Counted from the stretch's first letter, positions 19,605-30,040 are shown. The stretch: DNA of 45,610 nt from Patescibacteria group bacterium (GCA_038063195.1 JBBTVO010000012.1:1-45610), one strand, 5' to 3'. Notes: generated by a model not told the origin, from the sequence alone. Numbers and translations: made by a program.

Positions 19605-20153
19605 ATGGCAGATTTAAGAAAAAAAATTAAAGAAGAAATTTCACCAAAATTACAAAAGAAGTTAGGTATTAAAAATGTTATGGCAACGCCAAACCTATCA
19701 AAGATTGTAATAAATTCGGGTGTCAAAAATGCCATATCTGATAAGAAAAATATAGAAATAGTGGCTAGTGCTTTGACTGCAATAACCGGGCAAAAGCCTA
19801 AGGTGACTGCGGCAAAGAAAGCTATTGCAACATTTAAGCTCAGAGAAGGAGACAAAATTGGTCTTGTGGTTACACTTAGAGGAAAAAGAATGTATGATTT
19901 TTTTGATAAATTAGTTGCAATAGTTCTGCCAAGGCTCAGAGATTTTCATGGAGTAAAAAAGAACAGTTTTGATGATGCAGGAAATTATACTTTGGGACTG
20001 ACAGAGTTTAATATATTTCCGGAAATTGATGTCGGCAGAATGGACGCAGCACTTTTGGGACAGGGATTTGAAATAAGCATTGTGACCACTGCCGGAGACA
20101 AAAAAACAGGACATGCATTTCTCTCAGAACTCGGAGTACCCTTTGAGAAATAA
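19605..20153 (+). CDS. rplE: 50S ribosomal protein L5
   Basis: ITGQKP, FKLREG, VTLRG, LPRLRDFHG. Confidence 0.99.
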   Translation: MADLRKKIKEEISPKLQKKLGIKNVMATPNLSKIVINSGVKNAISDKKNIEIVASALTAITGQKPKVTAAKKAIATFKLREGDKIGLVVTLRGKRMYDFFDKLVAIVLPRLRDFHGVKKNSFDDAGNYTLGLTEFNIFPEIDVGRMDAALLGQGFEISIVTTAGDKKTGHAFLSELGVPFEK

Positions 20154-20255
20154 AAAATAAAATATGAAATATAAAAAATATGTAACAAAAATACAAAATT
20201 TGAAAAAGTATTTAATATTCAATTTTTAATATTTGATTTTGAACGGAGTGAACTT

Positions 20256-20441
20256 ATGGCAAAAACATCAGACATAGTAAAATTTCATAGAAAACAAAAA
20301 TTTACAACTAGACATACCAATAGGTGCAGTATTTGCGGAAGATCGAGAGCTTATATGAGAAAGTTCGGACTTTGCAGAATTTGTTTCCGAGAAAGAGCAA
20401 GTAAAGGAGAATTGCCGGGAGTTTTAAAGGCAACTTGGTAA
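20256..20441 (+). CDS. rpsN: 30S ribosomal protein S14, zinc-ribbon (type Z)
   Basis: [21 protein letters not shown]. Confidence 0.98.
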   Translation: MAKTSDIVKFHRKQKFTTRHTNRCSICGRSRAYMRKFGLCRICFRERASKGELPGVLKATW

Positions 20442-20457
20442 AGTTTTAAATAATAAT

Positions 20458-20853
20458 ATGATAGACCATACTGTTTCAGATTTCGTAACCAGAATAAAAA
20501 ATGCGGCAAGAGCAAGAAGGAAAGAAATGCTTGCGCCTTACAACCGTATTTCAAGAGAAATTGCAAAAGTGCTTGTAAAAGAAGGGTTTCTGGAGGATGT
20601 TGGTGATCAAATTATGGATGGCAGGAAAGTGCTGACAATAAAAATTAAGTACAATAACAGAATACCAGTAATAACAGATACGAAAATTATTTCAAAACCG
20701 TCATCAAGAAGATATTCTGGTTCAAAGAATTTAATCCAAAATCAAAAGAAAGGAATGTATATAACTGTACTGTCAACAAATAAGGGAATAATGACGGGAC
20801 ACGAGGCACAAAAGAAAAACTTAGGGGGAGAGATACTTTTTAAGATCTGGTAG
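20458..20853 (+). CDS. rpsH: 30S ribosomal protein S8
   Basis: D..TRIKNA, EGF, ISKPS.R.Y, STNKGIMT, GGEI. Confidence 0.98.
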   Translation: MIDHTVSDFVTRIKNAARARRKEMLAPYNRISREIAKVLVKEGFLEDVGDQIMDGRKVLTIKIKYNNRIPVITDTKIISKPSSRRYSGSKNLIQNQKKGMYITVLSTNKGIMTGHEAQKKNLGGEILFKIW

Positions 20854-20897
20854 CGACCCTTCGGCTAACGCTCAGGGTTGTTATTTAACATAACAAT

Positions 20898-21449
20898 ATG
20901 TCAAAAATAGGAAATAAACCAATTCAGTTAAAAGAAGGCGTTACGGTTGCTATTGCAAGCGGTGAGGTAAAAGCTGACGGAGTTAAAGGAAGCTTGGCTT
21001 TTAAAATTCCTGATGGCATTGAGGTGAAAATTGAAGAAGGGCAGATAAAATTGTCTCAGAGAGAAAAAGCTCTGAACAAAAGTGCAATGCTAGGACTCAC
21101 CAGGTCAATTATCTCAAACATGATAACCGGAGTTTCTGAGGGTTTTGAAAAAAAGCTTGAGCTTTCGGGAGTCGGTTATAGGGCTCAGGTAAGCGGTGAA
21201 GACTTGACCATTAATATCGGATTTTCCCATCCTGTTAAGATATCACCCGAAGAAGGCATAAAGTTTGCTTTGGTTGATAATATTATCGTAATATCAGGAA
21301 TTGATAAGGCACTTGTTGGAAATACAGCTGCCAAGATAAGGGCAATTCGCCCGCCCGAGCCGTACAAAGGAAAAGGGATAAAATATCAAGGAGAATATAT
21401 CAGAAGAAAAGCAGGCAAGGCTGCAAAGGCTGTGGGAGCAGCTAAATAA
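20898..21449 (+). CDS. rplF: 50S ribosomal protein L6
   Basis: MSKIG, GVGYRA, GFSHP, RPPEPYKGKGI. Confidence 0.99.
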   Translation: MSKIGNKPIQLKEGVTVAIASGEVKADGVKGSLAFKIPDGIEVKIEEGQIKLSQREKALNKSAMLGLTRSIISNMITGVSEGFEKKLELSGVGYRAQVSGEDLTINIGFSHPVKISPEEGIKFALVDNIIVISGIDKALVGNTAAKIRAIRPPEPYKGKGIKYQGEYIRRKAGKAAKAVGAAK

Positions 21450-21480
21450 TATTAAAGATTAAAAATAAAATATTAAAAAT

Positions 21481-21840
21481 ATGAAAGATAAAAGATTACA
21501 AAGAAGAAAAAGAATAAGGGCAAAAATTAAAGGCACGAATGAGAGGCCAAGACTTTCTGTTTTTCGATCAAATAAATATATCTATGCCCAGATTATAGAT
21601 GATGAAAAAGGAAAGACTTTGGTCGGAGTTTCTGAAAAACAAATTAAAGAAGATGCCTCTTCAAAAAAAACTGAGAGCTCAAAGAAGATTGATAAGTCAA
21701 AAACTTTAGGGCTTATGCTGGCAAAATTGGCGGTTTCTAAGAAAATTAAAAGTGTAGTTTTTGACAGAAGCGGATATGCATATCACGGAAGAGTTAAGGC
21801 GATCGCCGAAGGCGCAAGAGAAGGAGGCTTGAAATTCTAA
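21481..21840 (+). CDS. rplR: 50S ribosomal protein L18
   Basis: [32 protein letters not shown]. Confidence 0.99.
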   Translation: MKDKRLQRRKRIRAKIKGTNERPRLSVFRSNKYIYAQIIDDEKGKTLVGVSEKQIKEDASSKKTESSKKIDKSKTLGLMLAKLAVSKKIKSVVFDRSGYAYHGRVKAIAEGAREGGLKF

Positions 21841-22325
21841 TGGCATACGAACCAAGAAGCTCAGACGGCTTCGAAGAAAAAATTATTCAGATAAATAGGG
21901 TTTCTAAGAAAACAAAAGGAGGAAATAAAATAGGATTTTCTGCTTTAATGGTAGTGGGAGATAAAAAAGGAAAAGTAGGAGTAGGACTTGGAAAAGCCCC
22001 GGACGTAGCGCTTGCTATTAAGAAGGGTATTTCTGTTGCCAAGAAACATTTAATAGAGGTTCCTATTATAAAAGGTACAATTCCTTTTAGAATTGATTTT
22101 AAGTCAGGAGCTGCAAAAATAATTTTAAAGCCTGCGCCTAGAGGTTCCGGAGTAATTGCGGGAGGAGCAGTAAGAAACGTAGTAACTGCGGCGGGAATTG
22201 AAAACATTTCCTCCAAGGTTTTGGGTACCAAGAATCAAGCAAGCAATGTTTATGCTGCACTTGAAGCTCTTACAAGACTTTCCAGAAGATACAAGTTATT
22301 GCAGGAGAGAGGAAAGATTGCTTAA
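21840..22325 (+). CDS. rpsE: 30S ribosomal protein S5
   Basis: RVSKKTKGG, VVGD.KGKVG.G.GKA, GSGVIAGG. Confidence 0.99.
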   Translation: MAYEPRSSDGFEEKIIQINRVSKKTKGGNKIGFSALMVVGDKKGKVGVGLGKAPDVALAIKKGISVAKKHLIEVPIIKGTIPFRIDFKSGAAKIILKPAPRGSGVIAGGAVRNVVTAAGIENISSKVLGTKNQASNVYAALEALTRLSRRYKLLQERGKIA

Positions 22326-22326
22326 T

Positions 22327-22764
22327 ATGTCACTCAATAAACTTACTAAGATTTCAAAAAATAAGAAAAGAAGGCTTGGCCAGGGACACGGCTCAGGACG
22401 CGGAAAGACAGCCGGAAGAGGTACTAAGGGACAAAAAGCCCGAAGAAATATCCCGCTTTTCTTCGAAGGAGGAGCACTCCCTCTTATAAAAAGATTGCCG
22501 TTCAGACGGGGAAAAGGGAAAAACAAGGTATTTAAACCCAGCCCTGTTATACTAAATGTTAAGGTACTCAATCTTCTTAAAAAAGATACAATAGTAGATA
22601 TTGACTCGCTTATAAAAAATAGGATTGTGGACGAGAATGATGCGAAAGCTTATGGAGTTAAGATCTTAGGAGACGGTGAGCTAAAAGTTTCCCTGACGGT
22701 AAATCTTCCTGTATCCAAAAGTGCGGCAGTAAAGATACAAAAGGCCGGCGGTAAAGTCTCATAG
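22327..22764 (+). CDS. rplO: 50S ribosomal protein L15
   Basis: [29 protein letters not shown]; start ATG 22327. Confidence 0.98.
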   Translation: MSLNKLTKISKNKKRRLGQGHGSGRGKTAGRGTKGQKARRNIPLFFEGGALPLIKRLPFRRGKGKNKVFKPSPVILNVKVLNLLKKDTIVDIDSLIKNRIVDENDAKAYGVKILGDGELKVSLTVNLPVSKSAAVKIQKAGGKVS

Positions 22765-22765
22765 A

Positions 22766-24052
22766 ATGAAAAATATATTTGCTATTTTTAGAAATAGTTT
22801 TAGGACTCCGGAAGTAAGAAAGAAAATTCTTTTTACAGCAGCTATTTTTATAATCTTCAGGATATTTGCTCATATTCCGGTGCCCGGTGTTGACGTAGCG
22901 CAGTTAAAAGAACTTTTTGCGAGCAATCAATTTTTAGGTTTATTGGACATTTTTTCAGGAGGAACTCTTGCCAATTTCTCCGTAATGGCGCTTGGTTTAA
23001 ATCCTTACATTAATTCTTCGATTATTTTCCAGCTTCTCACGATTGTATTCCCGAAGCTTGAAAAGTTATCTAAAGAAGGAGAAGAGGGAAGGCAAAAAAT
23101 AAATCAGTATACGAGATATCTGACTGTTCCTCTTGCAGTAGTCCAGGCCATAGGAATGTATGCACTTCTTAAGAGCCAAGGTATAATTATGACTCTTGAT
23201 CCTCTTAAGCTTGCCATTTTCATACTTACAATGGTGGCAGGAACTGTACTTCTTATGTGGCTCGGAGAACTTATTACAGAAAAAGGTGTGGGAAACGGAA
23301 TTTCTCTTCTTATTTTTGCCGGAATCGTAGGAAGATTGCCTTCGGTTTTTGGACAGACAATTTCTACTCTTAATGCTCAGAATATTACTAACATTATTAC
23401 GTTCGTCGTAATGGGAGTTGTAGTAATTGCTTCAATAGTCCTTATAAATGAGGCAACCAGACAAATTACAGTCTATTATGCAAAGAGAGTTAGAGGGAAT
23501 AAAATTTATGGCGGGCAATCTACCCACCTACCATTACGACTAAATCAAGCAGGAGTTATCCCAATTATTTTTGCAGTTTCTCTAATTCTCATGCCCTCAC
23601 TTGTTGCGAATTACCTTACATCCTCAACAAACACAATGCTTAGGAATATTTCTTTTTCTATCGCCGCGATTTTTAATCCTGATGGATTTTTCTATAATTT
23701 CTTTTACTTTTTCTTAGTAGTTGGATTTACTTATTTCTATACCGCAGTAGTTTTTAACCCTAAAAAAATTGCAGAAGAAATTCAAAAATACGGCGGATTT
23801 ATTCCGGGAATTAGGCCCGGAACGCCTACTGCCGGTTATTTAAATTATATTCTGACACGCATAACCTTAGCAGGCGCAATATTCTTGGGCCTTGTTGCAA
23901 TTCTTCCTACTCTTGCGAAATTTGCAACGAACGTTCAAAACCTTGCGTTGGGAGGGACTGGAATTCTTATAGTTGTCTCGGTAATTCTTGAGACAATCAA
24001 GGCAATTGAAGCTCAAATTGTCATGAAGAATTACGAATCATTTTCAAAATAG
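22766..24052 (+). CDS. secY: Preprotein translocase SecY
   Basis: [49 protein letters not shown]. Confidence 0.99.
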   Translation: MKNIFAIFRNSFRTPEVRKKILFTAAIFIIFRIFAHIPVPGVDVAQLKELFASNQFLGLLDIFSGGTLANFSVMALGLNPYINSSIIFQLLTIVFPKLEKLSKEGEEGRQKINQYTRYLTVPLAVVQAIGMYALLKSQGIIMTLDPLKLAIFILTMVAGTVLLMWLGELITEKGVGNGISLLIFAGIVGRLPSVFGQTISTLNAQNITNIITFVVMGVVVIASIVLINEATRQITVYYAKRVRGNKIYGGQSTHLPLRLNQAGVIPIIFAVSLILMPSLVANYLTSSTNTMLRNISFSIAAIFNPDGFFYNFFYFFLVVGFTYFYTAVVFNPKKIAEEIQKYGGFIPGIRPGTPTAGYLNYILTRITLAGAIFLGLVAILPTLAKFATNVQNLALGGTGILIVVSVILETIKAIEAQIVMKNYESFSK

Positions 24053-24053
24053 C

Positions 24054-24593
24054 ATGAAAATAGTCTTGATAGGAATCCAAGGTGCAGGAAAATCAACACA
24101 GGGAAATTTACTATCTGATAAATTAGGATTACCCTATCTTTCCACAGGTCATATCTTCAGACAAATTGCTAAGGAAAAAACAGAATTGGGAAGAAAAGTT
24201 AAGCTTATAATGACTGCAGGATTACTTCAGCCGGACGACCTTACCGTACAGGTTGTAGGAAATTATTTGGGCAGACCCGAGTATAAAAAGGGGTATATTA
24301 TTGATGGTTTTCCAAGGACAGTGGAGCAGGTTGAAAAATTTGAAAATGGAGTTGATAAAGTTGTACATATAAATATTCCTGAAGAGGAAGCCTTGGTTAG
24401 ACTTGCCGGTCAAAACGACGGAACAAGACCTGATGATTCGGTTGAAGCAATAAGACAAAGAATAGACTCATTTTATAAATTTACCAAACCTGTTCTCGAT
24501 TACTATAGAGAAAAAGGGCTACTTATAGAAATTAATGGTGAAAAATCAATTGATGAGATTCACAGAGATATCTTAAAGAGTCTTGAAAACTAA
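24054..24593 (+). CDS. adk: Adenylate kinase (short, LID-less)
   Basis: G.QGAGKST P-loop, LSTG.IFR, IDGFPR, R.DD; follows secY. Confidence 0.92.
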   Translation: MKIVLIGIQGAGKSTQGNLLSDKLGLPYLSTGHIFRQIAKEKTELGRKVKLIMTAGLLQPDDLTVQVVGNYLGRPEYKKGYIIDGFPRTVEQVEKFENGVDKVVHINIPEEEALVRLAGQNDGTRPDDSVEAIRQRIDSFYKFTKPVLDYYREKGLLIEINGEKSIDEIHRDILKSLEN

Positions 24594-24617
24594 AAGTTTA
24601 ATATTGATACCAAATTG

Positions 24618-24643
24618 GGAAGCAGGAATTTGCTTCCTTTTTT
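24618..24643 (+). terminator. Intrinsic terminator between the two kinase genes
   Basis: GGAAGCA-GGAATT-TGCTTCC followed by TTTTTT. Confidence 0.6.
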
Positions 24644-24660
24644 AAATTAAAATAATATAC

Positions 24661-25209
24661 ATGAACATAATATTTATTGGACCACCTTTTGCAGGCAAAG
24701 GGACTCAAGCGGAATCACTTGGCAAGAAATTAGAAATACCTGTCTATTCAATGGGAGCTCTAATCCGCGAAGCGTATGAGAAAAGAGACCCCCGAGCCAT
24801 TGAAGGACACGAAAACTATAGCTTAAAAGGCAAGCATGTTCCGATTGAACTGAAATTTCCGTTTCTTGAGGAGAAATTAAATAACTCGCCAAAAGGATTC
24901 ATCCTGGATAATTTTCCTGCAACAGCTGAAGACTTGGAGACTTTCAACAGATATCTTCAGACACACAATCTAAGCATAGATAGGGTGATTCATTTATGGA
25001 CTTCAAGAGAAGAGATGGGAAAAAGAAGAAAAGTAAGAGGCCGCGAGGACGATAATCCTGAAATTATTGAAGCAAGAAGAATAAACCAAGATAAAGACAG
25101 AATTCCAGTGCTGAAATATTATAAAAGTAAAAAAATATTGGAAGAAGTGAATGGAGAAAAAAGCATTGAGGAAGTACAGGTGGATATTTTGAAAAAATTA
25201 GAAATATAA
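24661..25209 (+). CDS. Second, divergent adenylate/nucleoside-monophosphate kinase
   Basis: GPPFAGKGTQ, ILDNFP, GREDD, EVNGEKSIEEV. Confidence 0.88.
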   Translation: MNIIFIGPPFAGKGTQAESLGKKLEIPVYSMGALIREAYEKRDPRAIEGHENYSLKGKHVPIELKFPFLEEKLNNSPKGFILDNFPATAEDLETFNRYLQTHNLSIDRVIHLWTSREEMGKRRKVRGREDDNPEIIEARRINQDKDRIPVLKYYKSKKILEEVNGEKSIEEVQVDILKKLEI

Positions 25210-25214
25210 TAAAT

Positions 25215-25982
25215 ATGATTAATATTAAAACCAAAGAAGAGATTAAGATAATGCAGGAGGGCGGAAGAATTCTTGCTAAGGTATTAAAAGAACTTCTAGG
25301 GAATATAAAACCGGGAGTATCTGAGCTTGAAATTGACAAGCTCGCTGAGAAATTGATATTGCAAAACGGTGCAGAGCCGGGGTTTAAGAAAGTTGCGGGA
25401 TACAATTTTTCTATTTGTGTTTCGACAAATGACGTGGTAGTTCATGGAATTCCTACAGATTATAAATTTAAAGAAAGAGACGTTATTGGGATTGATTGCG
25501 GAGTTTTTTACAAAGGATTTCATACCGATATGGCGGAAACGATTCTCGTTTCAAATTCCAAATCACAAATCACAAATCCCAAGGTTGATAAATTTTTAGA
25601 AACAGGAAAACGGGCGCTAAATGCAGGGATTAAAAAAGCAAAAGCAGGAAACAGAGTTGGAGATATTTCAAAAACTATTCAGGGGATCGTGGAGGGGGCC
25701 GGCTATTCAGTGGTTAAATCTCTCGTAGGACACGGAGTAGGCAGGGAATTACATGAAGAGCCTGAAGTTCCGGGATATTTAGCGGTAAAAGTTGAGAAGA
25801 CACCAAAGCTTACCGAGGGGATGACGATAGCAATTGAGGTAATTTACAATATGGGAAAAGATGAAGTGATTTATAAAGATGATGATGGATGGACCATTTC
25901 ATCAGGGGATGGAAGCCTTTCAGGGCTATTTGAAAGAAGTATTGCGATAACCGAAAATGGACCATTGGTTTTGACTAAATAG
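25215..25982 (+). CDS. map: Methionine aminopeptidase type I
   Basis: VVHGIP, ID.G....GFHTD.A, GHGVG..LHEEP, IAIE. Confidence 0.98.
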   Translation: MINIKTKEEIKIMQEGGRILAKVLKELLGNIKPGVSELEIDKLAEKLILQNGAEPGFKKVAGYNFSICVSTNDVVVHGIPTDYKFKERDVIGIDCGVFYKGFHTDMAETILVSNSKSQITNPKVDKFLETGKRALNAGIKKAKAGNRVGDISKTIQGIVEGAGYSVVKSLVGHGVGRELHEEPEVPGYLAVKVEKTPKLTEGMTIAIEVIYNMGKDEVIYKDDDGWTISSGDGSLSGLFERSIAITENGPLVLTK

Positions 25983-25984
25983 CC

Positions 25985-26013
25985 TTGCGCTCGCGCGTGA
26001 ACTTTGATATAAT
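25985..26013 (+). promoter_or_regulatory. Promoter for infA and the alpha operon
   Basis: TTGCGC-17bp-TATAAT with TG extension. Confidence 0.7.
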
Positions 26014-26088
26014 TAAGCTTGAAAATTTCTAATTCCTGATTCATCAAAAGAACCATTTAGAATTAGGTTAATTAGGAATTTTATTTTT

Positions 26089-26310
26089 ATGGCTGTTCAT
26101 CAGGGAGCATTTGAGATAGATGGAAGCGTTAAAGAGGCTTTGCCAAATACTCTTTTCCGGGTAGAGCTTCCGGACGGAAATATTGTCTTATGTCATCTTT
26201 CAGGCAGAATGAGAATGAACTATATAAAAATTCTGCCCGGAGACAGAGTTAAGATTGAAATGACGCCATACGATAAGACAAAAGGCAGAATAACATACAG
26301 GTATAAATAA
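26089..26310 (+). CDS. infA: Translation initiation factor IF-1
   Basis: EALPN..FRVEL, SGRMR.NYI.ILPGDRV, PYD.TKGRI.YR. Confidence 0.99.
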   Translation: MAVHQGAFEIDGSVKEALPNTLFRVELPDGNIVLCHLSGRMRMNYIKILPGDRVKIEMTPYDKTKGRITYRYK

Positions 26311-26380
26311 AATATTAAATATAGAAAATAAAATATTAAAGAAAATATTTACTATTTAATTTTTAATTTTATATATTATT

Positions 26381-26494
26381 ATGAAGGTACAAGCAAGTGT
26401 CAAACCAAGATGCATGAAATGTAAGATTATAAAGCGCAAGGGCGTGGTGCGAGTCGTTTGCGAAAATCCAAGGCACAAGCAGAGACAGGGATAA
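26381..26494 (+). CDS. rpmJ: 50S ribosomal protein L36 (not in ORF track)
   Basis: Translated by hand: [37 protein letters not shown]. Confidence 0.98.
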   Translation: MKVQASVKPRCMKCKIIKRKGVVRVVCENPRHKQRQG

Positions 26495-26495
26495 T

Positions 26496-26885
26496 ATGAG
26501 AGTTTCAGGAATAAATCTACCGGAAGAAAAAAGAATTGATATAGCACTGAGCTATCTGTATGGAATTGGCAGAAGTAATGTCGTACAAATTTTGGAAAAA
26601 GCAAACATTGAAGCTTCAAGAAGACTAAAATCTTTATCGGAAGAAGAACAAAGAAGAATTCAGAAAGTCTTAGAGACTTATAAAATAGAAGGAGATTTAC
26701 GTGCGGAAGTAGCATCGAATATAAAGAGGCTTAAAGAAGTTGGGGCTTACAGAGGTACGAGGCACTCAAAGAGCCTCCCAGCTAGAGGACAGCGAACAAG
26801 AAGCAATGCTAGAACCAAAAGAGGTAAGAGGGTTACCATTGGAGCAATTAAGAAGGAAGTAGCGGCTAAAATGGGCATAGTCTAA
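26496..26885 (+). CDS. rpsM: 30S ribosomal protein S13
   Basis: YLYGIG, EGDLR, YRG.RH..LP.RGQRTR.NART. Confidence 0.99.
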   Translation: MRVSGINLPEEKRIDIALSYLYGIGRSNVVQILEKANIEASRRLKSLSEEEQRRIQKVLETYKIEGDLRAEVASNIKRLKEVGAYRGTRHSKSLPARGQRTRSNARTKRGKRVTIGAIKKEVAAKMGIV

Positions 26886-26889
26886 TAAT

Positions 26890-27297
26890 ATGGTAACTAA
26901 GAAAACAGAAAAAACAGCAACCAAATCAAAAAAGAAAGCAGGAGTAGCCGTAGGAGAACACGGAAAAGTTTTTATTACTGCAACTTTTAACAACACCTTG
27001 GTAACTATTACCAATGGAAGCGGTGACGCTGTATCATGGGGCTCATCGGGGGCTGCAGGTTTTAAGGGAGCCCGAAAATCCACTCCCTATGCGGCAACTG
27101 TGGCGGTAGAAAATGCAGTAAGAAAAGCAATTGAAAAGGGAGTAAAGACCGTAGATGTTTTTGTAAAAGGTCCGGGTTCAGGAAGAGACTCGGCGCTTCG
27201 TGCAATAAGAAGCGGAGGACTTTCAATTTCTCTAATTTCCGATGTGACACCTATTCCACACAATGGGCCAAGACCTAAGAAGAAGAGGAGAGTATAA
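26890..27297 (+). CDS. rpsK: 30S ribosomal protein S11
   Basis: [27 protein letters not shown]. Confidence 0.99.
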   Translation: MVTKKTEKTATKSKKKAGVAVGEHGKVFITATFNNTLVTITNGSGDAVSWGSSGAAGFKGARKSTPYAATVAVENAVRKAIEKGVKTVDVFVKGPGSGRDSALRAIRSGGLSISLISDVTPIPHNGPRPKKKRRV

Positions 27298-27388
27298 TGA
27301 ATAATATCAATACTACAAATTTCAAATACTACAAATATTTAAATATTGGATTATTGGTATTTATTGGTGGCATTGGTAGTATTTAATT

Positions 27389-27997
27389 ATGGCAAGATAT
27401 ACAGGACCAAAGCATAGATTAGCAAGACGGGAAGGAATGAATGTCCTTGACAAAAATTCCGCAAGTCTTAAAAGAAGACTTAATATTCCGCCAGGACAGC
27501 ATGGAAGAAAAAGACACTCAAGGCTTTCTGAGTTTGGACTTCAGCTTCGTGAAAAACAGAAAGTAAAAGCCACATATGGACTTTTGGAAAAACAGTTTAA
27601 AGGTTTGATCGATACAGCATCAAAACAAAAAGGGGACACAGGGGAAATTCTTATGTCGCTCCTTGAAAGAAGACTTGATAATGTAACGTACAGACTTGGA
27701 TTTGCAAAGACAAGAACTATGGGAAGACAGCTTGTTTCCCACGGACACATACTGGTAAATGGAAAAAAGATGAACATTCCTTCTTACTGCGTAAAAATAG
27801 ATGATACAATTTCTCTTTCATCTAAGATAAAAATATCTGCAAATGTAGCCAAAGTTTTGGAAGACGGAAAAGATGCAGAGATTTTGTCTTTTCTTAAAAA
27901 GAAAAAAGAAGAAGGAGTCTTGGTAAGAATTCCAAAAAAGGATGATTTGAATGTGCCCTTCAATTTGCAATTAATCATTGAATATTATTCACGTTAG
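27389..27997 (+). CDS. rpsD: 30S ribosomal protein S4
   Basis: MARYTGP, PPGQHG, QLREKQK, LERRLDN, RQLVSHGH, IIEYYSR. Confidence 0.99.
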   Translation: MARYTGPKHRLARREGMNVLDKNSASLKRRLNIPPGQHGRKRHSRLSEFGLQLREKQKVKATYGLLEKQFKGLIDTASKQKGDTGEILMSLLERRLDNVTYRLGFAKTRTMGRQLVSHGHILVNGKKMNIPSYCVKIDDTISLSSKIKISANVAKVLEDGKDAEILSFLKKKKEEGVLVRIPKKDDLNVPFNLQLIIEYYSR

Positions 27998-28014
27998 TGT
28001 TAAAATACTAAGTT

Positions 28015-28938
28015 ATGCTTGACCCTATATTAAAAGTTAAAGAAGAAAAGAGCGAAAAGGGCTTTGGAAAATTCGTAATTGAGCCTCTGGAGCCTGGTTT
28101 TGGTCATACTTTGGGAAATGCTTTAAGAAGAGTATTGCTGTCTTCCATACCGGGTGCGGCTGTCACTTCAGTCAGAATAACAGGTGTTAAACACAAGTTC
28201 TCAACTGTACCTGGACTTAAGGAAAACGTTGTTGATTTTCTCCTCAATATAAAAGGGTTAAATCTTACTCTTGATAGCTCAAAAGAATTAAGCACTATAA
28301 AGCTTTCAGTTAAAGGTCCTAAGAAAATTACAGCCGGAGATCTTGATCTTTCAGAAGATGTTGAGTTGGTAAATAAAGATCATTACTTAGGAAACCTAAG
28401 TGATAAAAAAGCAAAACTTGATATGGAGCTAACAGTTGAGAAAGGGCTCGGATACTCCCTTGCAGAAGAGAGGAAATTGTCAACCATAGGAGCCATTCCG
28501 ACAGACGCTATTTTCACACCTGTAAGAAGAGTTAATTACGAAGTCTCTGCAACGCGTGTGGGAAGACAGACGAATTTGGACAAACTTACTCTTGAAATTT
28601 GGACCAACGGTGCTATCTCGCCAAGAGATGCCATTAACGAAGCAGGAAGAATTTTGTCATCTTACTTTACTCAGATTTATAATCCAAAAGCAGCAGTTGT
28701 TTCCGAAGCAGCCATTCCTACATCTTCTCTTCCGGACAATATTCTAAAGCTTACGGTGGATGAGCTCGATCTTCCTACAAGAATATATAACAGCTTAAGA
28801 AATGGCGGAATAGAAACTTTCGAAGATTTACTTGCGACTCCAAGACGTGACTTAGTATCGATGAGAAACATGGGAAACAAATCAATATCTATAATTGAAG
28901 AAAAACTTAAAACCAGAGGAATAGATCTGCCGCAATAA
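28015..28938 (+). CDS. rpoA: RNA polymerase alpha subunit
   Basis: EPLE.GFG.TLGNALRRVLLSS, DAIFTPV, RN.G.KS. Confidence 0.99.
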   Translation: MLDPILKVKEEKSEKGFGKFVIEPLEPGFGHTLGNALRRVLLSSIPGAAVTSVRITGVKHKFSTVPGLKENVVDFLLNIKGLNLTLDSSKELSTIKLSVKGPKKITAGDLDLSEDVELVNKDHYLGNLSDKKAKLDMELTVEKGLGYSLAEERKLSTIGAIPTDAIFTPVRRVNYEVSATRVGRQTNLDKLTLEIWTNGAISPRDAINEAGRILSSYFTQIYNPKAAVVSEAAIPTSSLPDNILKLTVDELDLPTRIYNSLRNGGIETFEDLLATPRRDLVSMRNMGNKSISIIEEKLKTRGIDLPQ

Positions 28939-28944
28939 GGCTGG

Positions 28945-29066
28945 TTTATCTGTTTTCAGTTATCAGTTGTCAGATTTTCGTAGGTCAGTTTTCAGTTTTT
29001 CGGACAGACAGACTATCCGACAGACCTGTATCCGAGAACAGAAAACCGAAAACTGATGACTGATTT
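28945..29066. repeat. Inverted heptamer-period array
   Basis: (TTTTCAG/TTATCAG/TTGTCAG)n followed by (ACAGAAA/ACCGAAA/ACTGATG)n. Confidence 0.75.
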
Positions 29067-29070
29067 TTAT

Positions 29071-29120
29071 TATGACCCGTTCGGCAGGCTCAGGGTCATA
29101 CTGAGTATAATCGAAGTATG
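29071..29120. repeat. CCC.TTCG...GCTCAGGG palindromic repeat doublet abutting the rplQ start
   Basis: TATGACCC-GTTCGGCAGGCTCA-GGGTCATA plus inverted CTGAG..TCGAAG; near-identical to 43813-43840. Confidence 0.8.
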
Positions 29121-29612
29121 AGGAAAAATGTTTTTGGACGAAGATTTAAAAGAGACTCAAACGAAAGGAAATCGCTTTTTAAAAGTCTTATGACTTCTTT
29201 GGTTTTGGATGAGAAAATTCAGACTACAGAAGCCAAGGCCAAATCAATAAAAGGACAGATTGATAAGCTTGTTACTAAAGCCAAGAAAAGAGAAGAAGAG
29301 GCGGGCAGATTTTTATCAGCTCATCTTATGCCGCAGGCCGTAGAAAAGATGATTAACAGAATTGCGCCTCAATTTAAGAATAGGTCTGGAGGCTATACAA
29401 GGATAGTAAGATTGGGCAATAGAGTCTCAGACAGTGCTTCAATGGTAGTTATGGAATGGGTGGAAACAATTCAGAGAGCTGAAATTAAGATTCAAAAACC
29501 GGCTAAGAAAATTAAGAAATCAGCCAAAGTTTCAAAAACCAAGAAGACACCGGCGAAGAAAGTTTCGCCACCCAAACCAAAAACAAAGAAAGTAGCAAAA
29601 GCAAAAAAATAG
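29118..29612 (+). CDS. rplQ: 50S ribosomal protein L17 with Lys-rich tail
   Basis: I.TTEAKAK, R.GGYTRI, R..DSA. Confidence 0.98.
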   Translation: MRKNVFGRRFKRDSNERKSLFKSLMTSLVLDEKIQTTEAKAKSIKGQIDKLVTKAKKREEEAGRFLSAHLMPQAVEKMINRIAPQFKNRSGGYTRIVRLGNRVSDSASMVVMEWVETIQRAEIKIQKPAKKIKKSAKVSKTKKTPAKKVSPPKPKTKKVAKAKK

Positions 29613-29613
29613 T

Positions 29614-30036
29614 ATGGATAAATCAACTCAAGCGACAAAAATTTCACAGGTAAAACGGGAATGGCATTTGATAAATGTCAAAGATAAAGTGTTAGGCAGA
29701 GAGGCCACTGCAATTGCACAGCTCTTGATGGGCAAAAATAAGCCTTATTTTGTGAGAAATCTTGATTGCGGAGATAATGTAGTTATCATAAATGCTCAGG
29801 ATGTAAAAGTTACAGGAAAAAAAGAAACAGACAAGAAGTATTACAGACATTCCGGATATCCGGGCGGATTTAAAGTAAAAACTTTTAAAGAATTGAAAAC
29901 GTCAAACCCAGCACAGATTATAAGACACGCGGTAAGAGGGATGCTTCCTCAGAATAGACTTAGGGACAGAATGCTTAAGAGACTTTTTGTCTTCAAAGAC
30001 GAAAGTCATCCGTACGCTGATAAACTGAAAGGATAA
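29614..30036 (+). CDS. rplM: 50S ribosomal protein L13
   Basis: LGR.A, GKNKP, DCGDNVV.INA, HSGYPGG, AVRGMLP. Confidence 0.99.
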   Translation: MDKSTQATKISQVKREWHLINVKDKVLGREATAIAQLLMGKNKPYFVRNLDCGDNVVIINAQDVKVTGKKETDKKYYRHSGYPGGFKVKTFKELKTSNPAQIIRHAVRGMLPQNRLRDRMLKRLFVFKDESHPYADKLKG

Positions 30037-30040
30037 AATT

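Noticed and set aside
653-28880. Numerous short antisense and alternate-frame ORFs over core genes
   Set aside because: Shadows of conserved genes, with no motifs or independent expression signals
28945-29066. Possible CRISPR array in the periodic spacers
   Set aside because: No constant 25-40 bp repeat with unique spacers and no cas genes; these are degenerate heptamers
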